This document shows, in pieces, positions 18,408 through 30,090 of a DNA stretch of 46,875 bases (within the stretch, counting starts at the first letter, position 1; each line of letters starts with the position of its first letter). The translations under genes were made by a program, and so were the position numbers. The notes beneath the pieces are model-generated. The model was given only the letters and a program-made list of their open reading frames with translations. It ran no database searches and was not told the origin of the DNA. The stretch comes from an uncultured Chryseobacterium sp. (GTDB lineage Bacteria; Bacteroidota; Bacteroidia; Flavobacteriales_F; PHOS-HE28), in NCBI GenBank assembly GCA_964464935.1, contig CAYXKE010000003.1, positions 6,844 to 53,718 of the forward strand. The letters run 5' to 3'.

Positions 18408-20189
18408 TCAATGCTCCTCTTCGCCGGCTTCGACGGGAACGGTCTGGGGCACGAAATCCTCCTCCTTGCCCGGCTTGCTGTAGTCGTAGGGCCAGCGATG
18501 CACCACCGGCAGGGGGCCCGGCCAGTTGCCGTGGATGTGCTCCACCGGGGTGGTCCACTCCAGGCTGTTGCCGCGCCAGGGGTTCTGCACCGCCTTGGGA
18601 CCACGGAACACGCTGTAGAAGAAGTTGTAGGTGAACACCACCTGAGCCATCGCGCCGATGATGGCGAACACCGTCACCAACACGTTCAGGTCGAGCACGC
18701 CCTCGAACATGGGGAACTCGGTGTAGCTGTAGTAACGGCGCGGGGCACCGGCCAGGCCGATGAAGTGCATCGGGAAGAACACCCCGAAGGCGCAGATCAG
18801 CGTGGTCCAGAAGTGCACGTAGCCCAGTTTGGTGTTGAGCATCCTGCCGTACAGCTTCGGGAACCAGTGGTAGATGCCGGCGAACATCCCGAAGATGGCG
18901 CTCATGCCCATCACGATGTGGAAGTGCGCCACCACGAAGTAGGTGTCGTGCACGTTGATGTCCAGCGCGCTGTCGGCGAGGATGATACCGGTGAGACCAC
19001 CGGCGATGAAGGTGGCGACCAGACCGATGCTGAACAGCATGGCGGGGGTCATCACCAGGTTGCCGCGCCACAGCGTGGTGAGATAGTTGAACACCTTCAC
19101 GGCCGAGGGGATGGCGATCAACAGCGTGGTGAACACGAACACGCTGCCCAGGAAGGGGTTCATGCCCGTGACGAACATGTGGTGGCCCCACACGATGAAG
19201 CTCAGGAAGGCGATGGCCAGCATGGAGCCGATCATGGCGCGGTAGCCGAAGATGGGCTTGCGGGCGTTGGTGGAGATGATCTCCGAGGTGATGCCCAGGG
19301 CGGGCAGCAGCACGATGTACACCTCGGGGTGGCCCAGGAACCAGAACAGGTGCTGGAACAGGATCGGGGATCCGCCCATGTTGTCCAGCGCCTCACCGGC
19401 GATGTGGATCTCGCTCAGGTAGAAGCTGGTGCCCATGGAGCGGTCCATCAGCAGCAGCAGGGCGGCGCTGAGCAGCACGGGGAAGCTGAGGAGACCCACC
19501 ACGGCCGTGAGGAACAGCGCCCACACGGTGAGGGGCAGGCGGGTCATCTTCATGCCTTTGGTGCGCAGGTTGAGCACGGTCACGATGTAGTTCAGACCGC
19601 CCATCACTGAGCTGGCGATGAAAAGCACCATGCTCACCAGCCACAGGGTCATGCCGGCACCGGACCCGGGAATGGCCTGGGGCAGTGCGCTCAGCGGTGG
19701 GTACACGGTCCAACCGCTGGAGGCCGGGCCACCTTCCACGAACAGCGAGGCCAGCATCACCACGCTGCTGAGGAAAAAGAACCAGTAGCTGAGCATGTTC
19801 AGGAAGCCGCTGGCCATGTCGCGGGCGCCCACCTGCAAGGGGATGAGCAGGTTCGCGAAGGTGCCCGACAGACCGCCGGTGAGCACGAAGAACACCATGA
19901 TGGTGCCGTGGATGGTCACCAGCGCGAGGTACATGTTGGGGTCCAGCACACCGCCCGGCGCCCACTTGTCACCGAGGAAGAAGTTGCTGAACGCGAAGCC
20001 TTCACCCGGCCAGGCGAGCTGGAGACGGAAAAGGATGGACATGATGACCGCCACCCAGGCCATGAAGATGGCGGTGACCAGGAATTGCTTCCCGATCATC
20101 TTGTGGTCCTGCGAGAAGATCCACTTCGAGATGAAGCTCTCCTCGTGGTGGTGGTGGGCGTGGTGGCCCGCTTGGGCGGTGGTGGCCAT
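18408..20189 (-). CDS. ctaD: Cytochrome c oxidase subunit I (A-family heme-copper oxidase)
   Basis: DHKMIG, IHGTIM, GWTVYPPL, WFLGHPEVYI, WGHHMF, HDTYFVVAHFH, PRRY. Confidence 0.97.
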   Translation of the reverse strand: MATTAQAGHHAHHHHEESFISKWIFSQDHKMIGKQFLVTAIFMAWVAVIMSILFRLQLAWPGEGFAFSNFFLGDKWAPGGVLDPNMYLALVTIHGTIMVFFVLTGGLSGTFANLLIPLQVGARDMASGFLNMLSYWFFFLSSVVMLASLFVEGGPASSGWTVYPPLSALPQAIPGSGAGMTLWLVSMVLFIASSVMGGLNYIVTVLNLRTKGMKMTRLPLTVWALFLTAVVGLLSFPVLLSAALLLLMDRSMGTSFYLSEIHIAGEALDNMGGSPILFQHLFWFLGHPEVYIVLLPALGITSEIISTNARKPIFGYRAMIGSMLAIAFLSFIVWGHHMFVTGMNPFLGSVFVFTTLLIAIPSAVKVFNYLTTLWRGNLVMTPAMLFSIGLVATFIAGGLTGIILADSALDINVHDTYFVVAHFHIVMGMSAIFGMFAGIYHWFPKLYGRMLNTKLGYVHFWTTLICAFGVFFPMHFIGLAGAPRRYYSYTEFPMFEGVLDLNVLVTVFAIIGAMAQVVFTYNFFYSVFRGPKAVQNPWRGNSLEWTTPVEHIHGNWPGPLPVVHRWPYDYSKPGKEEDFVPQTVPVEAGEEEH

Positions 20190-20215
20190 GGATCTTATGC
20201 GGTCTTCGGTTCGGT

Positions 20216-21457
20216 CTACTGTTCGGTCAGGGCGGCGGTGGCGGCTTCCTGGGCACCTGCGGCTTCAGCCTCTTCGGCGGTGGCGGGGGCCTCGAACGGT
20301 TTCTTCTGGGCCTCGGCGTACCAGGCCTGGTATTCCTCGGGCGTGGTCACGATCAGCGGCATCTGCATGTTGTAGTGGCTGGCGCCGCAGATCTTGTTGC
20401 ACAGCAGCACGTAGTTGAACTCCTCGTCCTTGAGGATATGCGTGCGCATGCTGTCCGTGGTGATCGTGGGGGTGAACTTGAAGCGGGTGGTCATGCCGGG
20501 CACGGCGTTCATCTGGGCGCGCATGTGGGGGATGTACATGCTGTGCAACACATCGCGCGAGCGGATCAGCAGGTTGGCTTCCAGGCCCTTCGGCAGGTAG
20601 AAGTCCTTGGTCACGATGTCGTCGGCACCGGCCAGGTACACGCTGGCGGGGCCTTTCTCGGCGATGTCCTGTTCCATCACCTCGCGCAGGTTCACCAGCC
20701 GCAGCATGTGCCGACGCAGGCGGGCCGCCTGATCGGTGAGCTCCTCGCGGCGGTTGTCGGCCAGGATCGAGTGGGCCAGTAGGCTGTCGATCTCGGCGAT
20801 CTCCGCATTCATCTCGTCCATGCGGGTGGTGAGACTGGTCGGGGTCACCACACCCAGGGGGTTGGTGCCGCTGATCAGTCGGAAGTCGGAGGCGCCCAGG
20901 ATCCCATCCTTGCCCGGGTAGCGGGCGGTCCAGTCGAACTGCTTGCCGTAGATCTCCACTTCCACGGCACCGGGGCCGGCGGGGGAGGTGATACGGTTCC
21001 AAGTGGTGAGACCGTAGATGATGATCACGGCCAGTACCGCGGCGGGGATCACCGTCCACACCAGCTCCAAGCGGTTGTTGTGCGGATACCAGTGGGCGCG
21101 GCGGTCCTTGTTGTAGATGTATTTGTAGCTGAACCAGAACAGCAGCACGTTGGTGAGGACGAACGCCGTGATCAGCACCAGCCAGTTGAAGTTCAGCAGG
21201 GCGTCGGTTTCGACACCATGTGCACTGGCGGCCACCGGCAGCATGCGGTCCTTGTACCGCAGCACCAGCCAGAGGAAGAAGGCGAAATAGGCCACCATGA
21301 ACACCAGCATCATGCGGCCATTGAAGCGGTTGTCCGCATCGGAGATCTCCTCCTCCCGTTTACCACGCAGCCGGGAAGTGAGTTCGTAGACCCGCGCCAA
21401 CTGGGCGATCGCCAGGATGCCCAGAATGATGACGAGCAGGATCAGGAGCTTGGTCAT
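20216..21457 (-). CDS. ctaC: Cytochrome c oxidase subunit II
   Basis: LELVWTVIP, GKQFDW, DVLHSMYIP, CuA motif CNKICGASHYNM. Confidence 0.93.
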   Translation of the reverse strand: MTKLLILLVIILGILAIAQLARVYELTSRLRGKREEEISDADNRFNGRMMLVFMVAYFAFFLWLVLRYKDRMLPVAASAHGVETDALLNFNWLVLITAFVLTNVLLFWFSYKYIYNKDRRAHWYPHNNRLELVWTVIPAAVLAVIIIYGLTTWNRITSPAGPGAVEVEIYGKQFDWTARYPGKDGILGASDFRLISGTNPLGVVTPTSLTTRMDEMNAEIAEIDSLLAHSILADNRREELTDQAARLRRHMLRLVNLREVMEQDIAEKGPASVYLAGADDIVTKDFYLPKGLEANLLIRSRDVLHSMYIPHMRAQMNAVPGMTTRFKFTPTITTDSMRTHILKDEEFNYVLLCNKICGASHYNMQMPLIVTTPEEYQAWYAEAQKKPFEAPATAEEAEAAGAQEAATAALTEQ

Positions 21458-21510
21458 TGGTCGTTCACTGTATCGAAGCCCACCCGGGGCTGTGGTTCAT
21501 GCTTGCCGGT

Positions 21511-22776
21511 TCAGATGCTGTGGTGCACACTTTCCTCCAGATAGGGGTGCTGCACGGGGGTGAGCGGCGCCTGGGTGAGCTGCGCGAACACCCGGTTGAT
21601 GAACAGACCGAGGAAGGCCAGGAACAGGCCCACCTCCAAGAGGCCCACGCCGTGGAGATCGTGCCCCAGCGTGCCGGGCATCACGATCATGATCACATCC
21701 AGCCAGTGGCCGATGAAGATCACCGCACCCACGCCGATCAGGAAGCGGGGGTTGCGCTTGGCGTCACGGCTCATCAGCAGCACCATCGGCACCGCGAAGT
21801 TGATGAAGAAGGTGCCCCACATCAGGACGGGGTGATGGTCGATCCGCTGCACGAAGTAGATGCTCTCCTCGGGGATGTTCGCGTACCAGATCAGCATGAA
21901 CTGGCTGAAGTAGAGATAGCTCCAAAGGAAGCTCACCGCGAACACCCACTTGCCCATGTCGTGGATGTGGCTGTTGTTCACCTGGGGCAGGTAGCCCTTG
22001 CGCTTCAGGTACAGCACCACCACTACCCCGGTCACCATGGCGCTCACCCACATGCCCGCGAAGACGTACCAGCCGAACAGGGTGCTGAACCAGTGCGTGT
22101 CGATGCTCATGAGCCAGTCCCAGGCCAGGGTGGTGCTGAACACGGCGAAGAACACCAGGAACAATGCGCTGCGGCGGTACACCAGCAGGTGGCGCTTCAC
22201 CAGGGACTCACCGGAGAGTTCGTCCAGGGCCAGGCTCTGCTGGCGGAACCAGCGGGCGAAGAAGAGGAACACACCGAGGTAGGCGATGGTCCGGATCCAG
22301 AAGAAGGGCAGGTTCAGGTAGGCCTTCTTGCCGGCGATGATGGGGTCGTAGTTCGGGTTGGCCACGGCGCCGGGATCGGAGGCTGCCGCCGGGCGGGCCA
22401 CATCCCCGTCCATGATCACATGCTCGTGGTAGAGCGAGCCGTCCATCCAGTGGTAGAGATGGTTCCAGTGGAAGGATGCGGCCAGCAGCACCACCACCAG
22501 GGCGATGGTGCCGATGGGCAGGGCGCCGAAGATGGCTTCGTACACGCGGCGCACCAGCACGGACCAAGCGGTCTCCGTGGCGTTCTGCAACGCATAGAAG
22601 AACAGGGCACCAGCGCTGATGCCGAAGAAGAAGAAGGCGTTCACGAGCAGGGCGGACCAGGACCGCTGATGGTGGTCCGTATGGTCGCCCAGGATGCCGA
22701 TGATGGCGCCCACCACGCCCAGGACGATCAACGCCAGGCTGATGGTGCGGGCCTTTTGGGTGAAAGTGAAGTTCAT
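21511..22776 (-). CDS. actF: Alternative complex III subunit ActF
   Basis: Multipass NrfD-like paralogue (WDWLMSIDTHWFSTLFG, HDMGK, FSQFMLIWYANIPEE) in the act operon position. Confidence 0.88.
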   Translation of the reverse strand: MNFTFTQKARTISLALIVLGVVGAIIGILGDHTDHHQRSWSALLVNAFFFFGISAGALFFYALQNATETAWSVLVRRVYEAIFGALPIGTIALVVVLLAASFHWNHLYHWMDGSLYHEHVIMDGDVARPAAASDPGAVANPNYDPIIAGKKAYLNLPFFWIRTIAYLGVFLFFARWFRQQSLALDELSGESLVKRHLLVYRRSALFLVFFAVFSTTLAWDWLMSIDTHWFSTLFGWYVFAGMWVSAMVTGVVVVLYLKRKGYLPQVNNSHIHDMGKWVFAVSFLWSYLYFSQFMLIWYANIPEESIYFVQRIDHHPVLMWGTFFINFAVPMVLLMSRDAKRNPRFLIGVGAVIFIGHWLDVIMIVMPGTLGHDLHGVGLLEVGLFLAFLGLFINRVFAQLTQAPLTPVQHPYLEESVHHSI

Positions 22777-22800
22777 CACTGCGATCGCGTTATCGTCCGG

Positions 22801-23481
22801 TCAGTTCCCCGTGGATGCGGTGGCTTCGGCCGTGGCGCCCCCGGGCATGGTGCCGCCAGCCTGCAGGTATTTCACGTAGTGCACCACCAGCCAGCGCTCA
22901 CGCTTGTCCAGTTGGGAGGCGTGGCTACCCATCATGCCCTTGCCGTAGGTCACGGTGTGGTACATCTTGCCCTCGGGCAGGTCCTTCAGCGGTCCGCTGT
23001 AGGAGTTGGGCGGCGGATATTTGCCATTGCTGCGCTCCACCACGGTGCCGTCGCCTTCGCCCTTGGGCCCGTGGCAGTGGATGCAGAACTTTTCGTAGAT
23101 GGCCTTGCCCTGCTCCACGGTGGCGGGGGTCATGGCAAAGGGGCTGCGCAGCTCACGGCCGGCCTGCTCGTACCCCTCCGGGGTGTTGGGGTAGGGGTAG
23201 GGGTGGGCGAAGAACGCGGCGTCCGGATCGTCCACGAAAGGGATCGTGCCCGGAGCGGGCTTTCGGGCGCTGGGGCGCTCGCGCTGCTCAAGGGCCAGGT
23301 CGTTGCTGTAGTGGTACGGGTCCTGGCCGTAGTCCACGTAGGCCTCGATGGCCGGACCGCGGTACATGTCGGGCATGTACTCCCGGCCGGGGCTGTTGGG
23401 GTCGCCGCTGCAGGAGGCCATCAGCAGCACCGTGGTGAGCGCGGTGCCCAGGGCGTGGCTGTGTTGGATGCGCGTGCTCAT
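22801..23481 (-). CDS. actE: Alternative complex III subunit ActE (monoheme cytochrome c lipoprotein)
   Basis: Lipobox LLMASC, EYMPDMY, single CIHCH heme motif, GMMGSHA. Confidence 0.9.
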   Translation of the reverse strand: MSTRIQHSHALGTALTTVLLMASCSGDPNSPGREYMPDMYRGPAIEAYVDYGQDPYHYSNDLALEQRERPSARKPAPGTIPFVDDPDAAFFAHPYPYPNTPEGYEQAGRELRSPFAMTPATVEQGKAIYEKFCIHCHGPKGEGDGTVVERSNGKYPPPNSYSGPLKDLPEGKMYHTVTYGKGMMGSHASQLDKRERWLVVHYVKYLQAGGTMPGGATAEATASTGN

Positions 23482-23484
23482 GGT

Positions 23485-24018
23485 TCAGTACTGGCGTTCA
23501 TTGATCTCGAACACCGGGGTCTGGCGCAGCAGGCCGGTGATCTCCTCGGCACTGTGACCGTGGTTGTCGCCGGTGCGCACTTCAATGATGAACTTGTCGT
23601 CCGTGCTGCGCGGGTCCGGGTTGCGGGCCGGCATGCCGGGCAGGGTCTTGTTGCGGATCAGGTAGGTGATCGCCATGCCATGGGCGGCGCAGAGCACGGT
23701 GAACTCGAACATCACCGGCACGAAGGCGGGCAGGTTCTTGTATAGCGCCTGGCTGGGCTTGCCGCCGATGTTCATCGGCCAGTCGTGGATGTTCATGTAC
23801 CAGATCCCCAGCAGGGCCAAGCAGGTGCCCGTGATGCCGAACATGAAGCTGACGATGCCCAGGCGGGTGCGCTTGATGCCGATGATCGGGTCCAGGCCGT
23901 GCACCGGGAACGGCGAGAACACGTCCTTCACCTTCACCCCGTTGGACACGAGCTTGCGGGCCCCGTCCTTCAGCTGCTCGGGATCCTCGTATACGGCGTA
24001 GATGACCTTGTTCGCCAT
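23485..24018 (-). CDS. actD: Alternative complex III subunit ActD (DUF3341)
   Basis: VFSPFPVHGLD, DWPMNIGGKP, PVMFEFTVL, DPRSTDDKF. ATG 24018 (alternative TTG 24027). Confidence 0.9.
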   Translation of the reverse strand: MANKVIYAVYEDPEQLKDGARKLVSNGVKVKDVFSPFPVHGLDPIIGIKRTRLGIVSFMFGITGTCLALLGIWYMNIHDWPMNIGGKPSQALYKNLPAFVPVMFEFTVLCAAHGMAITYLIRNKTLPGMPARNPDPRSTDDKFIIEVRTGDNHGHSAEEITGLLRQTPVFEINERQY

Positions 24019-24023
24019 GTCGC

Positions 24024-25409
<1,386 letters not shown>

Positions 25410-25431
25410 GGTCCTAAGGGTCCTTGGTCGT

Positions 25432-28400
25432 TTAGGCGGTGGCTTCCTCCTCGTTGCGCACCTTCACCAGGTAGTTCACGTTGGGCTTCACGCCGATCTC
25501 CTCCAGCATGTGGTAACTGCGGTCGCTGGTGGCCAGGGCGCGTACACGGCTCTTCTTGTCATTGAGGTCGCCGAACACGATCGCACCGGTGCCGCAGGCG
25601 GCGCTGCAGGCGGTCTCGATGGCGCCGTCCTCCACGGGTTTGCCGGCTTTCTTCGCGGCCAGTTTGCCCTCCTGGATGCGCTGCACGCACATGCTGCACT
25701 TCTCGATCACGCCGCGGCTGCGCACCACCACATCGGGGTTCAGCACCATGCGGCCCAGGTCGTCCCATGCCGGGTTCACCTCGCCGAACTTCTCGGTCAC
25801 GTAGTTGAACCAGTTGAATCGACGCACCTTGTAGGGGCAGTTGTTGGCGCAGTAGCGGGTGCCGATGCAACGGTTGTAGGTCATCTGGTTCAGGCCCTCG
25901 TTGCTGTGCGTGGTGGCGGCCACCGGGCACACCGTTTCGCACGGCGCGTGGTTGCAGTGCTGGCACATCACCGGCATGAACACCACCCGGGGGTTCTCGC
26001 TGGGCACCTCCATCCGGAGGTACATGGGGATCTTGCTCAGCCCTTCCTCCTTCGCTCGCTCCTTGGTCATGTCGGAGCTGAAGTAGCGGTCCAGGCGCAG
26101 CCAGTGCATCTCACGGCTTCGGCGCACCTCGTCCTTGCCCACCACGGGGATGTTGTTCTCCACGTTGCAGGCCGTCACGCAGGCACCGCAGCCCACGCAG
26201 CTGTTCAGGTCGATGCTCAGCCCCCAGCGGTGGCCCACGCCTTCCACCGGGTGCTCCTCCCACAGGTCGAACTCCGCCACGGGCTTCTTGTCCTGGGCGT
26301 TGATCACACCGTCACCGTTCACGTCCTCGTGCACGGCCAGGCCGTGGGCCGGGTTGTAGGCGGTCTTGTCGCCGGCCTTGTACACGCTCCACGTGGTCTC
26401 ACGCACCACGCTATGGCGGTCCATGTGGGTGAGGTGGGTCTGGGTGATGGCCACCGGGTAGGTGTCACCCGTCCGGGTCACCTGCACGTTCAGCTGGTCG
26501 TAGCTGATGTGCTCACCCACGAAGGCGGTGAGCGGGTAGGCGTTGCGTCCCACGGGGCTCAGCTTGCCGGTGTGGTCGGTCACACAGGCGGCGCGCCCCA
26601 CTTGTTCGCCGTTCTCTCCGCGCCCATAGCCCAGTGCGATGGCCAGGGTGCCGCTCTTCTGACCGGGGCTGGGCACCACCGGCAGGGTGATCTCGCGGCC
26701 GTTCACGGACACGGTCACCAGGCTGGCGGGGGCTTTCTCGCCCAGGTACATGTTCAGGCCCAGACGCTCCACATCGACCGGGGCCATGCACACGTAGTTG
26801 TCCCACGTGATCTTGGTCAACGGGTCGGGCATCTCCTGCAGCCAGGGGTTGTTGGCATGCTGGCCGTTGCCGATGGCCTCGGTGGTGTACAGTTGGAGCT
26901 CCCACTCACCGGCACCTTGAGCGGCGTTGCGGGCCGACGCGGCGGCGGCGTTGATGTCACCGGCGAAGGTGACCGCCTCTGCGCTCGCGGTGGGCACCTC
27001 CACCACACCGTTCTGCACGGCGGTGTTCCAGGTGTCGGTGAAGGCCGCGGCGAGACCCATGCCCGGGGCGATGCGATCGGCCCAGTGCTGCTTCAGGAAG
27101 TCGTACCAAGTGCTGTCCACACCACTCCAGCGCAACAGGCTTTCCTGCCACTGACGGGTGCTGAACAGCGGAGAGATGGCCGGCTGCGACAGCGCGTAGT
27201 GGCCCACTTGCGGCTGGTGGTCGTTCCAGCTTTCCAGGTAGTGGTTGTCCGGCGCGATCCAGTCGCACAGGCTGCCGGTCTCGTCGGCGTAGCCGCTGAA
27301 GCTCACGCTGAAGGTCTTGCCCAGGCCGGCCTTGAAGTCGGCGGCGTTGGGCAGGGAATAGGCGGGGTTCACCCCGTGGATGAGCAGGGCGCCCACCGTG
27401 CCGGCGTTGAGGTCTTTCACCAGTTGCGCCACAGCGGCGTCGTCACCCTGTTTCAGGAAGGTGTGGTTGGTGATGTCGATGGTGCTGCCGTAGTTGCCCA
27501 GCATGCTGTTGATGCTGTTCACCAGCACCTGCACGCCTTCATCGTTGCTGCCGGCCATCACCACGCTGCGGCCACGGGCGGCCAGCAGGGCTTCGGCGGC
27601 GGCACGCGTGGCGGCGTCGATCGTTTCGTTGCTGCCGCCCACGGTGGGGGCACCCAGCTTGCGAGCGACCTGGTCATGCAGGCTGATCACGGCCAGGGGC
27701 AGTTCGCTCACCTTCAGGGGCACACGCACATCGGCGTTGGCCCCGGTGATGGTCATGCGCGCCTCGAACTGGAAGTGGCGGTTCATCTGGCCGTCGGGGT
27801 TCCGGCGGCTGGCGTACTGCCAGGTGTTCGCGGTGGCGTTGCCCCAGCTGCTGAGGAAGTCGGCGTCCACACCCACCACCACATCCGCCTTGGTGAGGTC
27901 GTAGCTGGGCAGCACGCGCTTGCCGAAGCTCTTCAGGTTGGCGTTGGTCACGCCGCAGTAGCTCACCGTGTCGTGTTGGATGTGCTCCACGGTGGCGTAT
28001 CGCTCCTTCATGCGGGCGATGGCCGCCTTGGTGCTGGGGCTGATGATGGTGCCGGTGAGCAGCACGATGCGCTTGCCCGCCGCGGCCACCTCGTCCAGCT
28101 TGGCGGTAATGGCGGCATCGGCCTCCTCCCAGGTGCTGGTGGCGGGGCCGTTGGCGCCCCGCTTCATGGGGCCTTTCAGGCGCACGCTGTCATAGAGCTC
28201 CAGCACGCTGCTGGTGATGCGGGCGTTCACCGTACCCACGCGCAGCGCCGGGTTGCGGTTCAGACCGAAGCGCGGGTTGCCCTTCACGAAGATGGGGCGG
28301 CCTTCACGGGTCTTCACCAGGATGCTCGCGAAATCCTCCCCGTCGTAGAAGGTGCTGGCATACCAGTTGGCCACGCCCGGGGTGATGTCCTCGGGCTTGT

Positions 28401-28641
28401 TCACGTAGGGGATGCTCTTCACCACCGGGGTCTCGCAGGCGGCCAGCGTGGCAGCCCCGATACCGAAGCCCAGGAATTTCAGGAAGTCGCGCCGGCCGGT
28501 CTGCGCGCCGGTGAGTTGGTCGTCGCCCAGCACCTGATCGATGGCGAGCCCCTGCGGGAACTCATGCTCACGTCCGGTGATGGCCTCGGGCGCCTGGTGC
28601 AGCTCACCGAGGTCTTTCCAGTATCGCTTCGTGCTCGACAT
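25432..28641 (-). CDS. actB: Alternative complex III subunit ActB (Tat-exported molybdopterin-oxidoreductase-like plus Fe-S domains)
   Basis: YWKDLGE N-terminus, Tat motif GRRDFLK with LAAC, Fe-S motifs CVGCGACVTAC, CQHCNHAPCETVCP, CIGTRYCANNCP, KCSMC. Confidence 0.95.
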   Translation of the reverse strand: MSSTKRYWKDLGELHQAPEAITGREHEFPQGLAIDQVLGDDQLTGAQTGRRDFLKFLGFGIGAATLAACETPVVKSIPYVNKPEDITPGVANWYASTFYDGEDFASILVKTREGRPIFVKGNPRFGLNRNPALRVGTVNARITSSVLELYDSVRLKGPMKRGANGPATSTWEEADAAITAKLDEVAAAGKRIVLLTGTIISPSTKAAIARMKERYATVEHIQHDTVSYCGVTNANLKSFGKRVLPSYDLTKADVVVGVDADFLSSWGNATANTWQYASRRNPDGQMNRHFQFEARMTITGANADVRVPLKVSELPLAVISLHDQVARKLGAPTVGGSNETIDAATRAAAEALLAARGRSVVMAGSNDEGVQVLVNSINSMLGNYGSTIDITNHTFLKQGDDAAVAQLVKDLNAGTVGALLIHGVNPAYSLPNAADFKAGLGKTFSVSFSGYADETGSLCDWIAPDNHYLESWNDHQPQVGHYALSQPAISPLFSTRQWQESLLRWSGVDSTWYDFLKQHWADRIAPGMGLAAAFTDTWNTAVQNGVVEVPTASAEAVTFAGDINAAAASARNAAQGAGEWELQLYTTEAIGNGQHANNPWLQEMPDPLTKITWDNYVCMAPVDVERLGLNMYLGEKAPASLVTVSVNGREITLPVVPSPGQKSGTLAIALGYGRGENGEQVGRAACVTDHTGKLSPVGRNAYPLTAFVGEHISYDQLNVQVTRTGDTYPVAITQTHLTHMDRHSVVRETTWSVYKAGDKTAYNPAHGLAVHEDVNGDGVINAQDKKPVAEFDLWEEHPVEGVGHRWGLSIDLNSCVGCGACVTACNVENNIPVVGKDEVRRSREMHWLRLDRYFSSDMTKERAKEEGLSKIPMYLRMEVPSENPRVVFMPVMCQHCNHAPCETVCPVAATTHSNEGLNQMTYNRCIGTRYCANNCPYKVRRFNWFNYVTEKFGEVNPAWDDLGRMVLNPDVVVRSRGVIEKCSMCVQRIQEGKLAAKKAGKPVEDGAIETACSAACGTGAIVFGDLNDKKSRVRALATSDRSYHMLEEIGVKPNVNYLVKVRNEEEATA

Positions 28642-28668
28642 TGCGGCGTGCGTTCGTTCTTCTCTGTC

Positions 28669-29985
28669 TTAGTAGTGGCACTTGGCGCATTCCAGACCAC
28701 CGAGCTCACGCACGGTGATCTTGCCGTCCTGCAGGTACTTCTTCAGCTCGCTGTGGCCCTTGTCGGTCTCCATCAGGCGGGCCATCACCTCGTCGTAGTA
28801 GCCATTGCCGGCCATCTTCACCTCACGCTCGTTGTGGCAATCGATGCACCAACCCATGGTGAGGGGCGCCCACTGCTCGGCCACCGTCATCTCGGTGTCG
28901 ATGGGACCGTGGCAGTCCTGGCATTCGAGCCCGGCCACCGCCACGTGTTGGGCGTGGTTGAAGTAGGCGTGGTCCGGCAGGTTGTGCACTTTCACCCAGC
29001 GGATGGGCTCCTCCTTGCCGGTGTAGCTCTGTGTGGTGGGATCCCAGCCCACGGCGGCGTAGATCTTGGCGATCTCCTTCGTGCCGGTCTTGGTGCCGCT
29101 GTCCACCGCCTTGTGGCAGTTCATGCACACGTTGGCGCTGGGGATGCCGGCGTGGCGGCTCTTCGAGGCACCGCTGTGGCAGTACTGGCAATCGATGGCC
29201 AGGTTGTCCTTGCCGGCGTGCAGACTGTGGTCAAAGGCGATGGGCTGCTCGGGGCGGTAGTGCTCCACTTCGGGCCCACCGTACACGCCGATCACCCACA
29301 GGGCGCCCCAAGCTTCCACCACGAGCCACACCACCAGGATGAGGCCGAGGAAGCTGGCGAACATCTTGTTGTTCCAGGCCCAGGCACGCACGCCGCCCCA
29401 GAAGGTGTACTTCGGCGGGGCGGGCTTGCCCTCGGCTTCGGCCACGGCCGAAGCGAGGCCCTGGCGCACACTGTTCAACGAGAGGATCACCACCAGCAGC
29501 AGCAAGGCCACCACCAGCAGCCAGAGCCAGTCGTTCCCGCTGCGGTTGTTCTCGGTCGCCGGGGCGGAGGCACCCTTGTCGTCACCGGGTGCGGCCGCCG
29601 GCGCGTAGTTGTCCACGTAGTACAGGATGGCGTCGATCTCCTCGTCCGTCACGGCGGCCGGGGTCATCACGCTCTTGTTCCACTTCTCGAAGATGGCGGT
29701 GGCATAGGCGTTGCCGGTCTTCAGGTAGCGCTGGCTGTCCTTGATCCAGGCATAGATGTCACCTTGGCCATCCCAACGCTCGCGGGAGCCCTTCAGGGCG
29801 GGGCCGGTCATGTCCTTGTCCGGCTTGTGGCAGCTGGCGCAGTTCCCCCGGAAAAGCTTCTCGCCTTGGGCGTACAAAGCATCGTCGGCACGGGCCGAGG
29901 AGCTGAGGAAGAGCGCCAGGACAAGCGCGAGGGCGCCGGAGAGGATATGGGCGGTTAATGCTGAAAGCCTTGATAGACGGGACAT
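28669..29985 (-). CDS. actA: Alternative complex III subunit ActA (monoheme plus pentaheme cytochrome c)
   Basis: ATG 29985. Six CxxCH motifs (CASCH, CQYCH, CMNCH, CQDCH, CIDCH, CAKCH), with PEQPIAFDH and LPDHAYFNHAQH. Confidence 0.93.
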   Translation of the reverse strand: MSRLSRLSALTAHILSGALALVLALFLSSSARADDALYAQGEKLFRGNCASCHKPDKDMTGPALKGSRERWDGQGDIYAWIKDSQRYLKTGNAYATAIFEKWNKSVMTPAAVTDEEIDAILYYVDNYAPAAAPGDDKGASAPATENNRSGNDWLWLLVVALLLLVVILSLNSVRQGLASAVAEAEGKPAPPKYTFWGGVRAWAWNNKMFASFLGLILVVWLVVEAWGALWVIGVYGGPEVEHYRPEQPIAFDHSLHAGKDNLAIDCQYCHSGASKSRHAGIPSANVCMNCHKAVDSGTKTGTKEIAKIYAAVGWDPTTQSYTGKEEPIRWVKVHNLPDHAYFNHAQHVAVAGLECQDCHGPIDTEMTVAEQWAPLTMGWCIDCHNEREVKMAGNGYYDEVMARLMETDKGHSELKKYLQDGKITVRELGGLECAKCHY

Positions 29986-30027
29986 TCCGAACGTTTTAGG
30001 AAGGACAGCCCACCGCTGGTCCGGCGG

Positions 30028-30035
30028 CAAAAATA
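30028..30035 (-). promoter_or_regulatory. sigmaA -7 element TATTTTTG for the act-cta operon
   Basis: Exact TAnnTTTG on the minus strand, about 40 nt upstream of actA. Confidence 0.7.
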
Positions 30036-30090
30036 GGTTCCCTACGGAACCCGGAGGGAGGAAGGGCGCTTCGTGCCATGGTGTTGTCAC

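Noticed and set aside
18330-18410. Absence of oxidase subunit III and assembly genes after ctaD
   Set aside because: These genes are often encoded in a separate cluster, and their absence cannot be judged from one window.
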